Shown here piece after piece: positions 36,352-49,800 of a stretch of DNA of 64,000 bases; position 1 is the stretch's first letter; each line of letters starts with the position of its first letter. The stretch comes from Octopus vulgaris (Eukaryota). The notes beneath the pieces are model-generated. The model searched no databases, was not told the DNA's origin, and saw only the letters and a program-made list of their open reading frames with translations. The translations under genes and the position numbers were made by a program. The stretch covers positions 18,104,001 through 18,168,000 of the forward strand of contig OX597843.1 of assembly GCA_951406725.2 (NCBI GenBank), given 5' to 3'.

Positions 36352-37539
36352 TGCAGCGTAGTACCAAGAGTATTACCGCACACCAGAAGTGTCCATCTAG
36401 GTGAGGACTACACTCCACTCATATCAAGTGTCCATCTAGGTGAGGACTACACTCCACTCACAATAGTACCAGGTTCGGCAAGCCTGGTCCAGGGTCCATC
36501 TAGGTGAGGACTACATTCCACTCACATCCAGTGTCCATCTAGGTGAGGACTACATTCCACTCACATCCAGTGTCCATCTAGGTGAGGACTACACTCCACT
36601 CGCATCCAGTGTCCATCTAGGTGTCCATCACAATAGTACCAGGTTCAGCATGTCTGGTCCAGTGTCCGTCTAGGTGAGGACTACACTCCACTCACATCCA
36701 GTGTCCATCTTGGTGAGGACTACACTCCACTCGCATCCAGTGTCCATCACAATAGTACCAGGTTCGGCAAGTCTGGTCCAGTGTCCATCTAGGTTAGGAC
36801 TACACTCTTAGGTTCCAGTCCTTTTCACGACTAACCCCTGACCACAGAGTGACTCAGCCAATTCCAGTTCCAGCGACAGACGACCAGACCAGCCAGCCAG
36901 CCATGTTCCATCTCCAGCCATGACGACGCTCACATACACCAGCAACTCAGGTCCGTTCTCCACCGTCGCCCTCATATCGACGTCACCATCTCCGTCGACT
37001 TCAACGATACGTACACAGCACTCGCTCAGGTTTAGCTTTCTCGCTGTTGTGATATTCACCGAGGTAAACAGCACAGCATTACCTGCAAGAATTCCTGTAT
37101 CAAGGGACCTGGCACAGCATCGAAGCCCCAACCGCTACAAGACATGTGTCCAACCGGCATTCTGCCTTGTGACCCCCAACATCCTCTTACAGAACGAACT
37201 GCTACTATGTACCTTACTACGAACTGGTAAATTAACGCCATCTCGTCTGAAATACCCTGAGAGACTCATTCTATGCTCTGTATTGTATTCTGTTTCATAC
37301 GCATACACCTTCGTTTGTACTGTCGCACGCACTCAGACACTACACTTTATCTTATTGTACACTACTGTAAACCAAGTCTTCTTCTCTCAAACAGTAGAAC
37401 GGTTGTCGTCATTAATTCCTTATGGCACTTATTCATTTATACCATACCTTTGGCTTCTTCTTTGTTAGGGCGACCGTGCGGCGTTAAAAAGGAGACAATT
37501 TCAGTCACCAGCTCCTTACGTACGGTCGTATTCCCTACA
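36352..37539 (+). mobile_element. Possible solo LTR
   Basis: GC-richer island bounded by TGcag...ctaCA with internal tandem repeats; no clear TSD. Confidence 0.35.
36389..36806. repeat. Composite minisatellite: 39-bp unit A interspersed with 41-bp unit B
   Basis: A = gtgtccatctaggtgaggactacactccactcacatcca; B = gtgtccatcacaatagtaccaggttcggcaagtctggtcca. Confidence 0.9.
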
Positions 37540-37544
37540 GCTTT

Positions 37545-37945
37545 TTCATTTCCATAAAGGCAACAGAGCTGCCGAGGCCTACAAAGAAACATGTGAAGTT
37601 CATGGTGTGGATTGCTTAACAAAACGCACATGTCAGAAATGGTTTCAAAAATTCCGTTCAGCAGATTTTTCACTCAAAGATGACCAATGCTCTGGTCGAC
37701 TTACTGGAGTCGATGATGACCGAATCAAAGCCATTCTATCACACAACTGAAAATCGCTTGAAATGTCTTGGACTCGTGAAGAAGCTCGATATTTCGGTTC
37801 CACTTGGTTGAAAGAAATTCACTCAACACAACAAATCAATATTGGCTATATGCATCTCAAACGCAATGAAATCGATTCTTGAGATGATACAGAGAAACGC
37901 CCCAAGACATGGCCACAACAAAAGAGAAATTATTCTGTGAACGTT
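37545..37945 (+). mobile_element. Mariner transposase N-terminal relic
   Basis: FHKGNRAAEAYKETCEVHG...RTCQKWFQKFRS.DFSLKD...SGR (mariner HTH). Confidence 0.8.
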
Positions 37946-38256
37946 GCAGACGGGAATTTTGCTGTCAAGGGAGATCACTCTGAAAAAGATATGTTGGGAA
38001 TTACCTCCCTTAGAGAACGGCGTTATAACGCCAGCACGGATATATGTCGGTGTGACAGTGTGTACGTGTGTGTGCGCGCGTGTGTATGTTTATATATCGA
38101 ACAGTAACATTTCGTATACAAATAAATATATGTATAGCAAGCTAAGCTAGATACATACATAATTTTAACGTAGTCACATAAATTCGTCCATATTTTTCAC
38201 CATTTATCTTAATCCTTATTGATTTCATCCACGATTTCATCAAATCAGTTCACAAT

Positions 38257-38593
38257 ATTGGGTCATCCCATAAATCATTCGTTTTTCTTCAATTGCATGA
38301 AAAGTCGGAGGGGGACAGGATAAACTACCTGCATCAACTTGCTATAAAAGCAGGTAGTAATTTTACCTTGTACTTATTCTTAGTGCAAGTGTTGAAGAGT
38401 GCAGTTCGGTTCGATTTTTAACATTTATTTTTTCCAAATCTATAATGGAAGTAACAAAGGACCATATTCGACATATTTTGCTTTATGAGTTCAGTAAAGG
38501 CAACAACGCAATGGAAAGAGCGAGGAATATTAATGCAGTATATGAGGATCGGACAATAAGTGTTAAGCCAGTGTCAGTGGTGGTTCCAGAAAT
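38257..38593 (+). mobile_element. Mariner 5' fragment
   Basis: TIR-like tattgggtcatccc; ATG 38445 MEVTKDHIRHILLYEFSKGNNA..ARNINAVY. Confidence 0.82.
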
Positions 38594-39556
38594 GTTCTTG
38601 CAATGCTTCATTAGTGTTAATTAAATATAATTGACTGTACTGTGGGCTTAGGTTTTCAGGGTCGAGTGTAGATATGGTATCATAAGTTTGTCCCCTGAAA
38701 AAATAAGGACCCTATTTTTCAGGGGAACTTATTTTTGCCCCAAACGAAGCAAACGAAAGGGAACAATTCTAGAGCCTAAATTTTTACGAAAAGATCAATT
38801 CTGCATTTTTTTGCATTAAAAATAAACTTTCAGTTCTTTTGAAAGGGATCATAACTTACCCGTTCTTTCAGCAGTTCAGAGGCTCATTTAGAAATCGAAG
38901 AGCTTCCCCAATGTTTTCAGAGAATATTTGTCACTTTCGTTCTGAGTTCAAATTTCGTCGAGGTCGACTTTGCCTTTCATCCTTTCGGGGTCAATAAATT
39001 AACTGCGTACTGAGGTCGATCTAATCGACTGGCCCTCTCCCCTAAAATTTAGGGCCTTGTGCCTAGAATAGTAAAGAATATTTATGTCACTAATATTATA
39101 ATTATCAACGAAATGTTTACAGTTTTTTTTTTTTGGGGGGGGGGATGTTGTCTCTCATCTTCCTTTTCTATTCCATCTTGAACACGTTCTCTTATCTTTT
39201 GTAAATACTCACTCTATACTCTTTGGTTCATATTTTCCCTCCCACGTTACACTTCCCGGGCTTCTTCTAGTGACTTGACCCTGTACTTCTCTTTACACCA
39301 TTTCGCACGCCATTTCGTTACCATCACCACCATCACATGCACCACCACCAATAAGTCAAGAGCCGAAACACTTACCCCCGAGTGGGGTTTCTCTTCTCTG
39401 GAGTCCCTCTGCTTTTCAGCCTCTTTGACAGTTTCTTACCATTATATCAGGTTTAAATTTTCCCCCTGTAAAAATATTTTACAGTTCTCTCTCTCTCTCT
39501 CTCTCGCACACACACACACACACATACACATACACACACACGCGCGCACTCACACA

Positions 39557-39595
<39 letters not shown>

Positions 39596-39616
39596 ATACA
39601 CACACGCGCACTCACA

Positions 39617-39693
<77 letters not shown>

Positions 39694-41775
39694 TGTCTCC
39701 CTCTTACTTTATGAATTTTTAAAGCAAAAATAGGAAAAAACGAAATTTTACAAGTTTTTCTTCAATTAAATGTTTCTATAAATTATGATAATAAAATCTA
39801 TTTTCAATCTAAAATTAACATATTGATGTTACGCTGTAAAGTTGTATACCCTATTAAAGCTCGTTAGAGTTTCTTTATTTAGATATACAAATTAATTCAA
39901 AATTTACAAGGTGAATATATATGTATATAAAATGACATTTGAACATTAGTAAATTAGGGTTCTTAAGTTCGATGACGCCACTGCAATTGTTTGGAAAATG
40001 TGGATTTAGTGTCAAAAAGGAAAGAAGGATGTAGAAAGAAAACAAAGGGAAACTGTTCTTCAGCTGCATATAGATGAGAGATTACTAAACAAGGATTGAG
40101 TGACGAGGAACACTTTAGATGTGGAGTGGTTTAATTAGAAGAAGTCTTACAATTTTTCAAGCAGGTGTGTCTAGGTGTGTCTTAGGATACTTGGAGTGAA
40201 TCAGGAGAGGAACACCTTTTTTGGAAAATGTAAAATTCAAAGACTCACACAATGGAAATAAACATGCATATGTGAATGTATAAACATGTATGTGTGTATG
40301 TATGCATGCATGCATATATGTGTGTATGCAAGGAAGTATGTGTGTAGGTGTGTACGCATGCATGTTTGTATGTGTACATATTTACGTATGCATGTATGTA
40401 TGTAACTATGTGTGTATATGAGTATATCTATATGTATCTATGTATGTGTTTGTGTGTGTATTTACGTATGTATGTATGTGTGTGTGTATGTATGTACGTA
40501 TGTATGTACGTGCTTCAGTTCTTTTGAAAGGGATCATAACTTACCTGTTCTTTCAGCAGTTCAGAGGCTCATTTAGAAATCGAAGGGCTTCCCCAATGTT
40601 TTCAGAGAATATTTGTCACTTTCGTTCTGAGTTCAAATTTCGTCGAGGTCGACTTTGCCTTTCATCCTTTCGGGGTCAATAAATTAAGTGACCCTCTCCC
40701 CTAAAATTTAGGGCCTTGTGCCTAGAATAGTAAAGAATATTTATGTCATCAATATTTTAATTTTCAAACAAATGTTTACAGTTCTTTTTCTTCTCTCTCT
40801 CTCTCTCTTACTTCAAGAAACTTTTGAACCAAGCCTTTCTCCTCTCCATGTTGTTATCAATTTCTCTCGTTCTCTTCACCTCTCGCATCCACTAACCACG
40901 TGACAGCGTATTTCATCGGACGGGCACGCGCTCGCCCACACGCACACGCTGCCTCCGACGGACTTCTTTCAGTGTCCGTCAACCAAATCCACTCACAGGA
41001 CTTTTCAGAAGCGAATGAATCATACAAAATTCTTTTTATTTCATGTCCTTTGTCTGGAAATCTTTCGTCACACATCCTGTGACCTCTTCATAAAGTGATA
41101 AGAATAATAAACCCGAAAGAAAGAACGCATCCATTACTGATTACATCAAAGAGAAGAAAAAAAAGCAAAAAACAAACATTTAATTTACTTCCCTTAGTCT
41201 TTCAATTACTTTTGTTAAGGCAGAATTTTAGATTTAAAACTGCTCCAAGTAAACTTTTGTCTTTCATCCTTCTCTGGACAATAGAATAATGCACCAGTCG
41301 CATTCCTGGGTCAATTGTATCGATTATGCCCCTCCCCATCGATTAAAATCTAGTGAATATGTTAGAAATCAGAAAATAGTTCAAGGAAGCAGAGGGGTAG
41401 GTGGGTTGAAAAAACTGGTCTTACATATGTTCTGGTGGTCTTCAAGGACGAGTTCCTCATTCTGACCAGAATGGAGTGACGCTGAAAGAGAGAGGACAAG
41501 GTAGACAGCGGCATTCCTGGTTCACCTCCATATTTAGAGAAGAGGAGGGGACTACTTAACCTGTTTCCCCAAACCCTCAAAACAACCCCTTCACGCGCAT
41601 TTATAGTGACATTAGGAGAGACCAGCTGCTGGGTTCTGGCAAGTTACTGGTTAGGCTGCCAGAACCAACAGTGGAATGGAATCTGAAAGAGTCGAGCATA
41701 AGTGAAATGGGAAAAGGGATGAGGATGGTGAGATTTATCACAGCATAGTAGAATGGTTTACAATGTCTATAAGGA

Positions 41776-42150
41776 TTGCTGGAAGCTACTCTATTGGGTG
41801 TGGAGGGTCCTACATATGACCTGGAAGAGAAGATAGGTTACCCAGTCACAGACATACATCGAAGTGATGAATATACCGAAGGAGACAAGGGCCGAGATTA
41901 TCAACCTATGTCGAGTCATCCCCTTGCTCAGTGTAGAAAGCAAGATTCTCTTAGACATTGTGTTTGAGTGACCCTCCAACTTTCTGCTAAAGAACGATTG
42001 TATAGACAGGGTTTTACGGAAGGGAGTCATACTGAGCTGGGTGTCACTGTTTTCCCTGTGTATTTGGTTTAACAAGGGATCAAAGAAAGTCAGACGGGAC
42101 CTGGCTGTATTGGGGTGAGCTATATTTAAACGCTTTTGACTCCATAACAC
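41776..42150 (+). mobile_element. R2/Hero-like non-LTR RT relic (also 48191-48565, 54459-54833, 59962-60336)
   Basis: IPKE...I...R.IPLLSVESKI....SNFLLKNDCID...KG..., resembling RT domains 1-2 of RLE-type elements. Confidence 0.65.
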
Positions 42151-42999
42151 AGAGCTTGATTTTTAACTTTCTACCGACAGGAAGCTTTTAAAGTGTCGAG
42201 AACTGAAATTCTTTCTATGTCTCTGTCTTATATCTGCCTTCGAATCGTTTGCTGCCGTCTTTATCCGATGTCTATAGAAAACGGCTTGTCTTGCAGAGTT
42301 CGACTCACATCCATTTCATCGTGTTGAATTCGACCGAAGAAAACGAAGCCATTTGACGTTGATTAGGTCTGATGACGTCGACTGGAAAGGTTTGAGGTGG
42401 TCAGCGTTCGCGTCTAGGAAACGTCGCTTAAGAGGAAACCCTGGGATGCTATAGAGAATAATTTGCTGGGGTCGGCGGATAAGACAGTTCTCTATACAAA
42501 GCTTCACTACACGACTCCACACATCGGATGGCAAATCGTGTCGCTGGTGAGAAGAGATTCAATAAATCACAGTGTTTTTGCTCTTCTGACGATTTTCCAT
42601 GAAGATCGCTTTTAATTGCATGAAAATTCATAGAAAATTGAAGGATTCTTTAAGAAACACTTAGAAGAACTTTTCTAATATGTAGTAATTTTTCATGCTA
42701 GAAACAGAAGCCTTTGTTTTTCGTGTAAAAACTGAAGAATATTCAGAAGCATTTATAAAAAGAAATTGACCTATTTATGGTGTCACCAGATTCTTAAAAC
42801 GGCAAGTAAAAATTTAAGGACACTTTAAGAATACTCTATAAACAATATTTGCCTACAGGTGACCTAGAATCATGCTGAAAATAACAGTCAATTACTCTGA
42901 CTTTTGCGTTGTTTTACACATAAAAAGTTAAGAAGTATTTTTTTCTTTTACTAGAAATGTTGCTCATTGATGGTGACAACTGAAGGACACTTTACGAAG

Positions 43000-44600
43000 C
43001 ATTTCTAAAATCTAGAGCAAAGAAGTCCCACGTAACACAAAAGCTGACTGATTGCAGGAATTTATTGCAGAAATGGAGGACGGGGTGACACGAGAAAATA
43101 TAATAATTATGGATAAGAAAGTAGAAATGATAACCAAGAAAATACCAAACGGGAAAACCTTAGGACCAGATGGTACAGAGGGCTTCCAGTTCCAAAATCT
43201 CCCAAGTATACGCAGCCATATCCGAACGGTTTTTATTGACTGCAAAGAAAATAGAACGCCAACATGGATAACAAAATTGATGGTGTGTACTGATAGAGAA
43301 GGACAAAGAAAAGCAGAAAGGAAGCCAGCGATTATAGACACATTACTTGCTGACCATTACACTGGACATTACTAAGTAACGTCAGAAGATGAAGTATATA
43401 GGGTGGGACCATCTAATTGAAGAGCGCTAGTATAATAATGGTAAAATGGAATTGTTTTTATATATTCAAGTTGTCAATTGTGAATTAAGATGTATATGAA
43501 AATAACGAAAATTTCAGGAGCTTTAATATGGTAAACAACCTTACAGCGTAACATTCAACATATAAATATAAAATTAAAAATAAACATTATTTTGTGTAAT
43601 TTAAGAATGATTTGCAAAGATTTTTTTCTTGGCTTTATTGACTAACATAAAGGTAAGGTAAATTTGACTTCTGTTTGTAGCATGAAAAATTACCACATAT
43701 TAGAAAAGATCTTTAAAGTGATTCCTAAAGAGTCCTTCAATTTTAAAGTTACCTAATAGTTATGATGGGTAAGAGAGAACGAGCTGAATGGCACCACGAA
43801 CCTAGTCAGAAACTACATCAGTCCTAAGAGATTTCGGTTGATGCAGTGACCAGCGCTGTCGCCCGACCTAAATACCATCGAAAATTCATGGTAAAGGTTG
43901 GGTAGCACTTTGAAAAGTACTAAGACAGAATTTTTTAAAAACAATTTTAGCCGAAAGTGGGAAAAAATCTCCGCAACAGTGATAAATGATCTGAACATTT
44001 CTATGTTTCGCAGATGCAAATCTGTATTAAGTAATTTTGGGTTCCCAAAATACTGACTCTGTGATTTTATTGTTTTTTAGGGATTACAGAATGAATTTTA
44101 AAAGCAAAAAAATCATAAAATATGAAATGTTACATGTTGTCCTTAAGTTAAATGGTACTCTAAATTATGATAATTAAGATTTATTTTTAATCTAAAATTA
44201 ACATATTGATGTTACGCTGTAAAGCTGTATACCCTATTAAAGCTCGTTAGAGTTTCTTTATTTAGATATACAAATTAATTCAAAATTTACAAGTTGATAT
44301 ATATATATATATAAAAATGACATTTGAACATTAGTAAATTAGGGTTCTTAAGTTCGATGACGCCACTGCAATTGTTTGGAAAATGAGGATTTAGTGTCAA
44401 AAGGAAAGAAGGATGTAAAAAGAAGAACAAAGGGAGACTGTTCTCCAGCTGCATATAGATGAGAGATTACTAAACAAGAACTGAGCAACGAAGAACACTT
44501 TAGTTGTGGAGTGGTCAAATTAGAAGAAGGCGTATAGCTTCCCAAACAGCTGGCTCTTGGTGTGTGTGGAGGGAATTAGGATGTAAAGTTTTGGAAAACG
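43000..44600 (+). mobile_element. R4/Dong-like RT relic interrupted by a Tc1 3' fragment (about 43397-44237); repeated in each unit
   Basis: KKIPNGKTLGPDG.EGF...PTWITK, then after the insert EW..*KKAYSFPNSWLLVC; the insert has PA.SPDLNTIENSW...WEKI...SMFRRCK. Confidence 0.65.
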
Positions 44601-44619
44601 CAATTCAATGTGTGTTGGT

Positions 44620-45712
44620 GTCTAAGTATGCTTGAATGTTTGTGTGTATGAACCTGTGTGTGTATGGATTTACGTGTGTAGGTATGTGTATAAGTATGTA
44701 CTGTATGTATGTATGTACACATCCATGCGTGTATATGTTTGTATGCAAAAAGTATGTGTGTAGGTTTGTAATGTATGCATGCATGTATATATGTATGTAT
44801 GTGTGTATATATATATGCTCGCATGCATGCATGTATCTTCGTATATATGTATGTGTGTTTCTACCCGTGTATCTACGTATGTATGCATGCATGTATGTGC
44901 GCGTACTGATGTATGTAGTTATGTAAGTATGTATGTGTGTATATGTACATATTCCATGTGTGTATGTATATAGGTATAGATGCATACTTGCATGTAGGTA
45001 CCTATGTATGTATGCACGCATGTATGCACCTACGCGCATATGTATGTGTGTATGTATGTATGTAAATGTATATGTGTGTACGTATGTATGTATATATATA
45101 TGATTGTGTTTATGCATGCATGTTTATATGTATGGATTCATGTATGTGTCTATGTATCTGCGTACGTATGTCTGTGTGTATATATTTATGTATGTATGCA
45201 TGTGTGTATGTACTTATGTGTGTATATATGTATATGCGTGTGTATGAATGAATGTATGTGTGTGCATGTATGTATGTATGTATGTATGTATGTATGTATG
45301 TATGTGTATGTATGTATGTATGTATGTATGTATGTATGTATGTATGTATGCAAGTGTATATATATGTACGTATATATGTTCGTATATATGTATGTGTGTA
45401 CATATGTGTGTATGTATGTGTATATGTAAGTATGCATGTTTGTATGTATATGTATGTCTGTGTGTATGTATATGTGTATGTATATGTGCATATTTGTATG
45501 TGTGCATATATGTATATAAATGTATTTATATGCGTATATGTACATGTATTTGTGTATGTATGAGTGTATGTATGTATATGTGTGTGTGTATGTACGTATG
45601 TGTAGATGTGTATGTACGTATGATAGATGTGTATTTGTATGTGTGTATATATGTTTGTATGTATATATATATGTATGTGGGTATGTGTGTACGTCCTTAT
45701 GTATGTATGGAC
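44620..45712. repeat. Complex (TATG/TG/TA) microsatellite field (also about 51040-52115, 56440-57515, 61940-63030)
   Basis: Direct reading; source of the spurious MYVC/HTYI ORFs. Confidence 0.95.
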
Positions 45713-45713
45713 G

Positions 45714-46213
45714 TACGAGGGTGCGTCAAAAAGTAATGCCATTTTGTTTAGGAAAGTTATAATTACCAACACAGGAACATGTATCATACATCAAAATGAA
45801 TCTTATCTCCAGTGGATCACATCCCTACTCTTTTAAAATATTGTCATTGTTTCTCTCAAAAGGTTCGTTCTTCGAATGAGAGCATGTATTCCTGCCCTGT
45901 AAAATTCTGTTGAATGTTCTTTGAGCCACTTGTTCACTACAGTTCTTACTTACTTGTCACTGGTATAATGTTTGCCTCTCAAACCCTCTTTTGTTGCACC
46001 GAAGAGATTATAGTCTGAAGTGCAAAATCTGGTGAGTGTGGAGGTAATGAAGAAATGGCTGAAAGAACAGTCAACCGAAATTCACGGGGCGGGGATACAT
46101 GCAGTCATTCGAAGGTGGAACATTGCTTTTGAGAGAAACGGCAACTATGTTGTGGAGTAGGGATGTGATCCACTGAGGACCAGCTTCATTTTAGTGTATG
46201 ATACTTGTTCATG
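45714..46213. mobile_element. Internally deleted mariner-like element (one per unit)
   Basis: Starts tacgagggtgcgtcaaaaagtaatg; contains a C-terminal relic KKWL.EQ...F..AGIHA...RW......GNYV. Confidence 0.65.
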
Positions 46214-46824
46214 GACGGCCATCATGTCTCTCTGTCTGTCTGTCTGTCTGAATGTATGTATGTATGTCGCTCTTGAGTGCTACTGGGAACATGTAACCCA
46301 GTACTACCTGTTTCATGATCGGGTCGTCGGCGACTAAACCGGCAACCCCACCAGGCTAGGTTGGTGACGACGGTGTTGTTGGACACTCTGCTGGATGAAA
46401 AATAAGACTCGTGAAATTGCGCATGTACTCCTGACCTGTCAATTTCTTTATTAACCATATAAGGTAAAGAAAATAGGGTGATGATGCAAGGAGAGACAAA
46501 ACAAATATTGGGGTCAAGGTATCGAATGATCCCCTGACGAACGTATGAAGTTTGCAAATCCAACGGAGGCCTCAAGCGACATTTTAAGACCTACAAACAG
46601 CAGAATTTATCTGCAGGTCTTGGTGGGTGAAATTGGAGGAGGAATCTATGTGGGTGTCTTTTCAGAATATTCTTTCTTTTGAAAAGCCACATCAGGCACC
46701 ATAATGGTGCTAAGGTGTCGGTAAGGAGGTGGTCAAACTCTATATAAGGAGTAGACAACCACCATGTATGTATGTATGTATGTATGTATGTATGTATGTA
46801 TGTATGTATGTATGTATGTATGTA

Positions 46825-46863
<39 letters not shown>

Positions 46864-49800
46864 TTGTGCTTCAGTTCTTTTGAAAGGGATCATAACTTAC
46901 CTGTTCTTTCAGCAGTTCAGAGGCTCATTTAGAAATCGAAGAGCTTCCCCAATGTTTTCAAACAATATTTGTCACTTTCGTTCTGAGTTCAAATTTCGTC
47001 GAGGTCGACTTTGCCTTTCATCCTTTCGGGGTCAATAAATTAACTGCGTACTGAGGTCGATCTAATCGACTGGCCCTCTCCCCTAAAATTTAGGGCCTTG
47101 TGCCTAGAATAGTAAAGAATATTTATGTCACTAGTATTATAATTTTCAACCAAATGTTTACAGTTCTTTTTGTTTCTTTTTGGTGGGGAGATGTTTCAAT
47201 TTTCCCTCTGTTCTCTCTCTCTTACTTCAAGAAACTTTTGAACCAAGCCTTTCTCCTCTCCATGTTGTTATCAATTTCTCTCGTTCTCTTCACCTCTCGC
47301 ATCCACTAACCACGTGACAGCGTATTTCATCGGACGGGCACGCGCTCTCCTACCCGCACACGCTGCCTCCGACGGACTTCTTTCAGTGTCCGTCAATCAA
47401 ATCCACTCACAGGACTTTTCAGAAGCGAATGAATCATACAAAATTCTTTTTATTTCATGTCCTTTGTCTGGAAATCTTTCGTCACACATCCTGTGACCTC
47501 TTCATAAAGTAATAAGAATAATAAACCCGAAGGAAAGAACGCATCCATTACTGATTACATCAAAGAGAAGAAAAAAAAGCAAAAAACAAACAGATTTAAT
47601 TTACTTCCCTTAGTCTTTTAATTACGCTTGTTAAGGCAGAATTTTAGATTTAAAACTGCTCCAAGTCAACTTTTGTCTTTCATCCTTCTCTGGACAATAG
47701 AATAATGCACCAGTCGCATTCCTGGGTCAATTGTATCGATTATGCCCCTCCCCATCGATTAAAATCTAGTGAATATGTTAGAAATCAGAAAATAGTTCAA
47801 GGAAGCAGAGGGGTGGGTGGGTTGTAAAGACTGGTCTTACATATGTTCTGGTGGTCTTCAGGGACGAGTTCCTCATTCTGACCAAAATGGAGTGTCGCTG
47901 AAAGAGAGAGGACAAGGTAGACAGCGGCATTCCTGGTTCACCTCCATATTTAGAGAAGAGGAGGGGACTACTTAACCTGTTTCCCCAAACCTCAAAACAA
48001 CCCCTTCACGCGCATTTATAGTGACATTAGGAGGGACAAGCTGCTGGGTTCTGGCAAGGTACTGCTTACACTGCCAGAACCAACAGTGGAATGGAATCTG
48101 AAGGAGCCGGGCATAAGTGTAATGGGAAAAGTGATGAGAATGGTGAGATTTATCACAGCATAGTAGAATGGTTTACAATGTCTATAAGGATTGCTGGAAG
48201 CTACTCTATTGGGTGTGGAGGGTCCTACATATGACCTGGAGGAGAAGATAGGTTACCCAGTCACAGACATACATCGAAGGGATGAATATACCGAAGGAGA
48301 CAAGGGCCGAGATTATCAACCTATGTCGAGTCATCCCCTTGCTCAGTGTAGAAAGCAAGATTCTCTTAGACATTGTGTCTGAGTGACCCTCTAACTTTCT
48401 GCTAAAGAACGATTGTATAGACAGGGTTTTCCGGAAGGGAGTCATACTGAGCTGGGTGTCACTGTTTTCCCTGTGTGTTTGGTTTAACAAGGGATCAAAG
48501 AAAGTCAGACGGGACCTGGCTGTATTGGGGTGAGCTATATTTAAACGCTTTTGACTCCATAACACAGAGCTTGATTTTTAACTTTCTACCGACAGGAAGC
48601 TTTTAAAGTGTCGAGAACTGAAATTCTTTCTATGTCTCTGTCTTATATCTGCCTTCGAATCGTTTGCTACCGTCTTTATCCGATGTCATAGAAAACGGCT
48701 TGTCTTGCTGAGTTCATCTCACATCCATTTCATCGTGTTGAATTCGACCGAAGAAAACGAAGCCATTTGACGTTGATTAGGTCTGATGACGTCGACTGGG
48801 AAGGTTTGAGGTGGTCAGCGTGCGCATCTAGGAAACATCGATTAGGAGGAAACCCTGGGACGCTATAGAGAATACTTTGCTGGGGTCGGCGGATAAGACA
48901 GTTCTCAATACAAAGCTTCACTACACGACTCCACACATCGGATGGCAAATCGTGTCGCTGGTGAGAAGAGACTCAATAAATCACAGTGTTTTTGCTCTTC
49001 TGACGATTTTCCATGAAGATCGCTTTTAATTGCATGAAAAGTCATAGAAAATTGAAGGATTCTTTAAGAAACACTTAGAAGAACTTTTCTAATATGTAGT
49101 AATTTTTCATGCTAGAAACAGAAGCCAAATTCCCTTTGTTTTTCGTGTAAAAACTGAAGAATATTCAGAATCATTTATAAAAAGAAATTGACCTATTTAT
49201 GATGTCACCAGATTCTTAAAACGGCAAGTAAAAATTGGACACTTTAAGAATACTCTATAAACAATATTTGCCTACAGGTGACCTAGAATCATGCTGAAAA
49301 TAACAGTCAATTACTCTGACTTTTGCGTTGTTTTACACATAAAAATTTAAGAAGTATTTTTTTCTTTTACTAGAAATGTTGCTCATTGATGGTGACAACT
49401 GAAGGACACTTTACGAAGCATTTCTAAAATCTAGAGCAAAGAAGTCCCACGTAACACAAAAGCTGACTGATTGCAGGAATTTATTGCAGAAATGGAAGAC
49501 GGGGTGACACGAGAAAATATAACAATTATGGATAAGAAAGTAAAAATGATAACCAAGAAAATACCAAACGGGAAAATCTTAGGACCAGATGGTACAGAGG
49601 GCTTCCAGTTCCAAAATCTCCCAAGTATACGCAGCCATATCCGAACGGTTTTTATTGACTGCAAAGAAAATAGAACGCCAACATGGATAACAAAATTGAT
49701 GGTGTGTACTGATAGAGAAGGACAAAGAAAAGCAGAAAGGAAGCCAGAGATTATAGACCCATTACTTGCTGACCATTACTCTGGACATTAGTAAGTAACG

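Noticed and set aside
36389-36806. CRISPR-like appearance of regularly spaced repeats
   Set aside because: The intervening sequences are themselves repeated (no unique spacers), there are no cas genes, and the context is eukaryotic
36920-37468. 182-aa Ser/Thr-rich ORF
   Set aside because: No recognisable domain or splice context, and it lies inside the LTR-like island
41205-41290. Apparent - strand exon with acceptor tgtccag and an ATG
   Set aside because: The sequence is a decayed copy of the SINE core (ggatgaaaggcaaagtcgac...), and the frame is stopped in the other units
42400-42480. U1-like fragments (gcgttcgcg, ataatttg) suggesting an snRNA gene in the array
   Set aside because: The motifs are in the wrong order, there is no ATACTTACCTG 5' end, and the motifs vary between units
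44576-45836. Long His/Thr/Tyr/Ile- or Met/Tyr/Val/Cys-rich ORFs (also near 39275, 51000, 56400 and 61900)
   Set aside because: They are translations of stop-poor TATG/CA microsatellites, open in several frames
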